A DNA stretch of 64,000 bases from Minisyncoccota bacterium (GTDB lineage Bacteria; Patescibacteriota; Minisyncoccia; Phycocordibacterales; UBA5272): contig JAXLZS010000001.1 in the NCBI GenBank assembly GCA_046350775.1, positions 351,930 to 415,929 on the forward strand, in the 5' to 3' direction. Below the pieces are notes generated by a model. It ran no database searches, was not told where the DNA came from, and worked only from the letters and a program-made list of their open reading frames with translations. The translations under genes and the position numbers were made by a program. Of the stretch, positions 58,835-64,000 are shown piece after piece; position 1 is the stretch's first letter, and every line of letters begins with the position of its first letter.

Positions 58835-60211
58835 TTATATTTCTATATAAGATCCTAATTCTGGTACTTCGGCTGGTAAATGATAAAATTCTATCAATCT
58901 TTGCGCTAAATAATTTTGAGATTTTGGCTCGCCAAGTACTACAAAAATTTTTTTAATAGTATCTTTCATCTCATTCGCAAATTCCTGTAAATCTTCAGAG
59001 TCTTTATGAGCAGAAAATCCTGAAATTTGTACAATTTTAGCATTAACTTTTACTTTTTCTCTGTTTATTGTCACTTCTTTTGATCCATCCTGGATTTTTC
59101 TTCCAAGAGTGCCTGCAGCCTGATATCCTACCAACAATAATGTATTTTTTGAATCAGGTAAATATCTTGACTCATGGTGAACAATTCTTCCACCATTACT
59201 CATACCAGAGCCAGCTAAAATAATCTTAGGATTTGAAGAAAAATTTATAGCTTTTGAGTCTTCGACAGAATTGCACATAGTAAGACCAGCAAAAGAAAAT
59301 ATATCATCTCCCTTTTTTATTATATTTTCTACGTTTTCATTAAAGTCTTTTTCGTATTTTTTATATACTTTAGTAATATTAATACCTAGTGGAGAGTCTA
59401 AATATACAGGTATGAGCGGGATCTCCTTATGTTCTACCATCTGATTAAACAAAAATATTAATTCTTGAGTTCTTTCTACAGAAAAAGCTGGTATCATGAG
59501 AACTCCTTTTTTATTAATAGTATTTTTAATTGTCTCTTTTAAAATTTGAATCCTATCATCAAGATGCTCATGATTTCTATCTCCATACACACTTTCCATA
59601 ATCAAATATGTGACACCTGGAACCTTTTCTGTATTCTTTAAAAGAGGAGATGGAGAATTTCCTAGATCTCCAGTGAACATTATTCTCTCTCCTTTTATAT
59701 CAAAAACTACCAGACTACTACCCAAAATGTGGCCAGAATCAAAAAGGGTTACCTTTATCTCTCCTATACTTGCATCTTCTGAATCAATAATAACTTCTTG
59801 ATGATACTTTATGCCTTTCCACAAAGACATAGAATGATCTACATCGCTCTCAACAAAAATAGGAAGAAGCCCCTCCCTTTCTGCTTCTTTAGCTAAAATA
59901 CCTACAGAATTACGCAAGACTAGCTCCCCAATATCCTTGGTAGCTTCTGTTGATATTATTTGTCCAACAAACCCTTCTTTTGTGAGCTTTGGTATTCTTC
60001 CTACATGATCAAGATGTCCGTGAGTAACAAAAAGGAAATCTATATCTTTTGGATTAAATAAAAAATTTTCACGATTCTCGTTTTCAGCCACTTTTTCTCC
60101 TTGAAAAAGTCCGCAGTCTATTAATATTTTTATTTTTCCAGCCTCAAGAAGAAAATTTGATCCTGTCGCAGTACCAGCTCCTCCCGCAAATGTTATTTTT
60201 ATTTTAGACAT
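58835..60211 (-). CDS. MBL-fold beta-CASP family ribonuclease-like hydrolase (RNase J / CPSF-like)
   Basis: Start set at MSKIKITF. The HxHxDH motif THGHLDH is present, and downstream beta-CASP-like motifs with a C-terminal His. Confidence 0.65.
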   Translation of the reverse strand: MSKIKITFAGGAGTATGSNFLLEAGKIKILIDCGLFQGEKVAENENRENFLFNPKDIDFLFVTHGHLDHVGRIPKLTKEGFVGQIISTEATKDIGELVLRNSVGILAKEAEREGLLPIFVESDVDHSMSLWKGIKYHQEVIIDSEDASIGEIKVTLFDSGHILGSSLVVFDIKGERIMFTGDLGNSPSPLLKNTEKVPGVTYLIMESVYGDRNHEHLDDRIQILKETIKNTINKKGVLMIPAFSVERTQELIFLFNQMVEHKEIPLIPVYLDSPLGINITKVYKKYEKDFNENVENIIKKGDDIFSFAGLTMCNSVEDSKAINFSSNPKIILAGSGMSNGGRIVHHESRYLPDSKNTLLLVGYQAAGTLGRKIQDGSKEVTINREKVKVNAKIVQISGFSAHKDSEDLQEFANEMKDTIKKIFVVLGEPKSQNYLAQRLIEFYHLPAEVPELGSYIEI

Positions 60212-60522
60212 AAATTTTATATAAAAAATTATATCATGTAAAAATCCCACAAAATATTTTGTAGGATTTTTACGAGGACACTTAATGTGTATCTACCTTT
60301 AATAAAAAATTAAAGTGGGTAGGTAACGGCCAAGCCCACGAGCCTGACTACAATGCACCATGACCCGAAAGATACTTACAAAGATAAATTTTAATTAAGT
60401 ATCCTAATATTAGGATAGCTTTTATTCTAAAATATGCAAATATTGACATTATGATTTTTTAGATATAAAAACAAAAATCCCTTTAATTATAGGGATTATT
60501 TTGTTTTTTTAATATGTGAATA

Positions 60523-61137
60523 TTATTCTAAATGGCCATCCAAATTTATATCGTAAAGCATCTTTTCATTAATAGATTTCCATTTTATTATTTCTTCTGG
60601 CTTGAACCATACATTTATTTCTCTTTCAGCAGCACCTTCACCATCAGCTGGATCAGTACAGTGAATAAGATTTCTAACTGCTCTTCCTCCATCTGTATCA
60701 CAAAGCATATAAGTCTCTAAACTTAAATCTCCTCTTATTGTGCCAGTATCAGATGTTGCTGGTTCTGTTGTGCCGACCAATCTTTTCACAACAGCTTGCG
60801 CACTATTTCCTTCTAAAACCATAGCAACTACAGGTGAACAAATCATGTATTCTACTAACCCCCTAAAAATATCTCTACCATATTCTAATGCAGTTTTCTC
60901 TATTGGCAAACCTAGTTCTTTTCTATTTTTAATAACATTAGTTTCACCCTTTTTGATCATCCAAGCATCATCTTTATTATAATGCTTGATAGCTAATTCT
61001 TCTGTAGGTAAAACCATCTTCATAGCAACAATCTTTAAGCCTATTCTTTCAAATCTATTTATAATATCACCGATGAGTCCTCTTTGAACTGCATCAGGCT
61101 TTAAAATCACAAATGTTTTTTCTTTTTTTGGATGCAT
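60523..61137 (-). CDS. ndk: nucleoside diphosphate kinase (long form with insertions)
   Basis: ERTFVILKPD-like N-terminus (EKTFVILKPDAVQRGLIGDIINRFE) and the active-site region NLIHCTD (compare NxxHGSD). Confidence 0.75.
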   Translation of the reverse strand: MHPKKEKTFVILKPDAVQRGLIGDIINRFERIGLKIVAMKMVLPTEELAIKHYNKDDAWMIKKGETNVIKNRKELGLPIEKTALEYGRDIFRGLVEYMICSPVVAMVLEGNSAQAVVKRLVGTTEPATSDTGTIRGDLSLETYMLCDTDGGRAVRNLIHCTDPADGEGAAEREINVWFKPEEIIKWKSINEKMLYDINLDGHLE

Positions 61138-61207
61138 AATTAAATATTCTTATATTATTTTATAACCAGAGAATTATAGCAATAAATAGAATTAATTACA
61201 AAAAATA

Positions 61208-61876
61208 TTATTTGACAAATATTGAAGGAGGAGTGTTTGTGTTATTTACTTTATTTGAATATATTGTAGAAGACCCAGAAGCGGTAAAACCTGACCAGAA
61301 ATAAGTACTTTGTGGTGTGTATGTGCCATCTTTATTAAAACCTCCACCGGCTATAAAAGATAAAGAAAATGGAGAAGTGGTAACCTTATATGTCTGAGTT
61401 ATATTTGAATTTACATATACAGTTAGATCGCTGTTAGTCCTATCCCAATAAACACTTCCACCATAGCCTAAATGAGAAGTTTTTGGTCTATCTCCACTAG
61501 TACTGCCTACTGTACCATCAGCACCCAGAAGACTAAATCCTCCTACAGTATTTACAACCATATCAACATAGCCATTATATGTATACTCTCCCGGAGAGTA
61601 ACAATGATACCAATAATCAAAATCGGCTGAGCATAATTGATAATGTACAAACATAATAGCACTCATTTTATTAATAGCATAATCATAAGAAGGATAAAAA
61701 TCTACCGTCGTAGGAAGATCAACTTTTGCACAACGAGGATTACCATAAGCATCTTTTATGGTCTTATTACAATCTGTATAATTTAATAAATAGGTCTCAG
61801 CTTTTACAAAATTAAAATCCATTAACACGAGAAAAAGAAAAGTAAAATATATTATTGTTTTTGTAAAAATCTTCAT
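61208..61876 (-). CDS. secreted hypothetical protein
   Basis: Signal peptide, and Tyr/Gly/Thr-rich. No motif recognised. Confidence 0.3.
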   Translation of the reverse strand: MKIFTKTIIYFTFLFLVLMDFNFVKAETYLLNYTDCNKTIKDAYGNPRCAKVDLPTTVDFYPSYDYAINKMSAIMFVHYQLCSADFDYWYHCYSPGEYTYNGYVDMVVNTVGGFSLLGADGTVGSTSGDRPKTSHLGYGGSVYWDRTNSDLTVYVNSNITQTYKVTTSPFSLSFIAGGGFNKDGTYTPQSTYFWSGFTASGSSTIYSNKVNNTNTPPSIFVK

Positions 61877-61905
61877 ATTTTTATTTTTTTATTATAACAC
61901 AAAAC

Positions 61906-61940
61906 AAAAACCACACTTTTTGTGTGGTTTTTGTTTTTTA
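61906..61940 (-). terminator. rho-independent terminator downstream of rpsR
   Basis: ACCACAC-TTTTT-GTGTGGT hairpin flanked by T-tracts on both strands. Confidence 0.6.
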
Positions 61941-61943
61941 AAA

Positions 61944-62150
61944 TTATCTTGCTACATAAGGCATCAGACCCATAAATCTAGCTCTCTTGATAGCGTTTGC
62001 TAGAGCGCGTTGATTTTTAGCTGAAAGAGAAGTCTTTCTTCTATTTAAAATCCTACCATGAGGATTTATAAACTTTGCTAAGACGTCAATGCTTTTATAG
62101 TCTATCTTTACATTATTTTCTTTAAAATAATCTTGTTTTTTGTTTTTCAT
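61944..62150 (-). CDS. rpsR: 30S ribosomal protein S18
   Basis: ...YKSIDVLAKFINPHGRILNRRKTSLSAKNQRALANAIKRARFMGLMPY is canonical S18. Confidence 0.9.
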   Translation of the reverse strand: MKNKKQDYFKENNVKIDYKSIDVLAKFINPHGRILNRRKTSLSAKNQRALANAIKRARFMGLMPYVAR

Positions 62151-62179
62151 GATTTTTTCTTTTTTAAAACAGAATTGAT

Positions 62180-62635
62180 CTAGAATGGGATATCATCTGG
62201 ATTTACTTCGCTATCTCCATAATCTATAGTATCTAGCTCCTCAATCTCTTTTGAAGAAGAGGTGTCGACAGAAGTTGAAGAAGATGTAGAACCTGTACCA
62301 GACTTACTGTCTGCTCCGAATTGGAAATTGTCAGCTACGATCTCGGTGCGATATTTTTTACCGCCACCATTTTGATCGTCCCAGCTTCTAGTCTGAATTC
62401 TACCTTCTAGGTAGACCGGTTTTCCTTTTTTGAGCCATTGAGCAAAAACTTCTGCCAATTTTCCAAAAGCCACAATATTGTGGAATTCAGCTACATCTTT
62501 TCTAGCGCCACTCGCATCTTTATAAGAGCGGTTGGTGGCTAGACCAAAGCTGACGACTTTATTTCCATTTGGCATCGATTTCAAGTCTGGATCACTTGTA
62601 AGATTCCCATATAACATTACTTTATTTAAATACAT
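62180..62635 (-). CDS. ssb: single-stranded DNA-binding protein
   Basis: OB-fold N-terminus (MYLNKVMLYGNLTSDPDL...), a Gly/Ser-rich linker and the acidic tail ...DDIPF. It sits between rpsF and rpsR. Confidence 0.9.
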   Translation of the reverse strand: MYLNKVMLYGNLTSDPDLKSMPNGNKVVSFGLATNRSYKDASGARKDVAEFHNIVAFGKLAEVFAQWLKKGKPVYLEGRIQTRSWDDQNGGGKKYRTEIVADNFQFGADSKSGTGSTSSSTSVDTSSSKEIEELDTIDYGDSEVNPDDIPF

Positions 62636-62736
62636 ATATTTACGCTTAATTAATTTTATTACTATTCCAAACCTTAATATAAAGCAATTATATCACGATT
62701 CTGTTTTTTATAATCTTATAATTTTCAAACAACTTT

Positions 62737-63297
62737 TTAAATATTTTCTACTTCAGCATCCAATTCTTCTTTTGTTTCTGGAGAAATAGCTTCTTCAGAT
62801 ATATCTTCCACTGTAGTATCTATATTTGCATCAACATCATCTACTGATTCTTCTTTTACAAAAGGTGCAGCGATTGTAGGATCAGATTTCATGACAGCTA
62901 AATCTTTTGTAAATACATCATTTCCTTTTTCTGTCTTTACAATTAAAAATCTGACCACTTCTTCATCGAGCTTTAATTTTTTATTTAGCTCTAAAATTTT
63001 TGCGGGAGTAAGTTCGAATTTTACCCATCCGAAATATCCTTCTTTAAATCTTATGTTCACATTATTCACAACTCTTGTCATCTCATAAGACAACTCACGC
63101 ATGTATGGAGTCTCTTCTGAAATGAAGCTTCCCTCTAGAGAAGCGATGTTTTTCTTGAGAGCTTCAGCTTTTTCAGCTGCCTTACCCTCATCAAGACGAT
63201 TATCGAAAATATATGAGATTTCATATACTTCTTTGCCGTCCATCACGGATTCAATTTCATTCATATTTTTATTTTTTAAATAACTAATAAGACTCAT
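62737..63297 (-). CDS. rpsF: 30S ribosomal protein S6 with an acidic C-terminal extension. The true start may be the internal Met at 63243.
   Basis: ...YEISYIF...GYFGWVKFE...VVRFLIV pattern of S6, in the rpsF-ssb-rpsR operon context. Confidence 0.7.
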   Translation of the reverse strand: MSLISYLKNKNMNEIESVMDGKEVYEISYIFDNRLDEGKAAEKAEALKKNIASLEGSFISEETPYMRELSYEMTRVVNNVNIRFKEGYFGWVKFELTPAKILELNKKLKLDEEVVRFLIVKTEKGNDVFTKDLAVMKSDPTIAAPFVKEESVDDVDANIDTTVEDISEEAISPETKEELDAEVENI

Positions 63298-63378
63298 ATA
63301 TTAACACAAATGTCTAGATATTTCAAGCATTAAAAAACCACCAAAATGGCAGTTTTTTATAGATTTTTTACTTAAAAA

Positions 63379-63765
63379 TTAAACGTCTCTAAGAAATTCT
63401 TTTATGCTAAGAATCTTTTTAGAGATGTATTTTTCTATATCATCAGAATATAAAGGGTAACTTGAACTTGAATGGATAATTTCTGATTCCAGGTCTTCAT
63501 TGTCTTCGACACCATTCAGAAGACTAATGTTAAGATTCAAATTTGTACAAACTAAAACCCTTGCTCGTTTCGAATATTTCTCTTTGGAATCTTTTCTTTT
63601 TATTATTATTCCAGTATCATTTAGGCTGTAAGTACCAAAAGCTTCCCAGGTATAAATTTCATCCTGGAATTCCCTTTTAAGTAAACTAATAATATCTTTT
63701 GAGTGTTTTTCAAATGTATATTTATACTTTAAAAAATCACTAATCATTTCAGGAAAATTTATCAT
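63379..63765 (-). CDS. hypothetical protein
   Basis: 128 aa. No motif recognised. Confidence 0.3.
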   Translation of the reverse strand: MINFPEMISDFLKYKYTFEKHSKDIISLLKREFQDEIYTWEAFGTYSLNDTGIIIKRKDSKEKYSKRARVLVCTNLNLNISLLNGVEDNEDLESEIIHSSSSYPLYSDDIEKYISKKILSIKEFLRDV

Positions 63766-63846
63766 GTTTAAAAATTAAAATGTTAGAAAATAACGATATC
63801 TATGTTTATACTAATATAAATAAATGTAAAAATCAAACTATTACTT

Positions 63847-64000
63847 TTAATTTAAAAACATTTTCTTGAAGTTTTCTTTCAAAACCTCTTTAAATTCTTC
63901 CCTGTTTTCTATACCTTTTATCTCACAAATTTTTTCAAAGACACTCACTACAAAATTTGGCTCATTTCTTTTCGCTCCTTTTCTATTATTTTTTGGTATG
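63847..64000 (-). CDS. hypothetical protein, 3' fragment (the gene continues beyond the window)
   Basis: An open frame on the minus strand ending ...ENFKKMFLN* with its stop at 63847-63849. The 5' part lies outside the window. Confidence 0.25.
   Translation of the reverse strand, partial: IPKNNRKGAKRNEPNFVVSVFEKICEIKGIENREEFKEVLKENFKKMFLN

Overview
This 64-kb window comes from a strongly AT-rich, gene-dense bacterial genome. Its style fits a small-genome lineage such as CPR/Patescibacteria: short aminoacyl-tRNA synthetase variants, a type IV pilus (T4P) module next to comF, and many lineage-specific membrane proteins. The standard genetic code appears to be in use. I computed no statistics and ran no database searches; all calls rest on motif recognition by eye in the supplied ORF track and the raw sequence.

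Content, in order:
- 1 to 6 kb: a T4P module (pilT fragment, pilB, three small membrane proteins, pilM) plus comF.
- tRNA-Ile (anticodon UAU) and tRNA-Ser (GGA).
- Housekeeping and transport genes: a methyltransferase-thioesterase fusion, TspO, NRAMP, htpX-lemA, thrS, gyrB, pyrD, then pheT and pheS with three unrelated genes between them, and a GT2 synthase.
- 25.9 to 31.6 kb: the most unusual locus. A visibly GC-richer large serine recombinase sits against the 3' end of tRNA-Thr (UGU). It is flanked by two families of long, GC-rich, hairpin-dense inverted repeats: pair A around an ssu-like ABC transporter plus a methyltransferase, and pair C around the recombinase. A third partial A-like copy lies just 3' of tRNA-Ser, and one hairpin in the C repeats carries a compensatory base-pair change.
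- rpsB-tsf, rplY, rpmG (with an apparent frameshift in an A-run), and glyQS.
- A tandem array of six paralogous secreted proteins that share a two-helix membrane hairpin, some fused to peptidoglycan-binding domains.
- gyrA, ftsH, smpB with an adjacent tmRNA, infC-rpmI-rplT, ndk, and rpsF-ssb-rpsR.

No CRISPR array and no rRNA were found.
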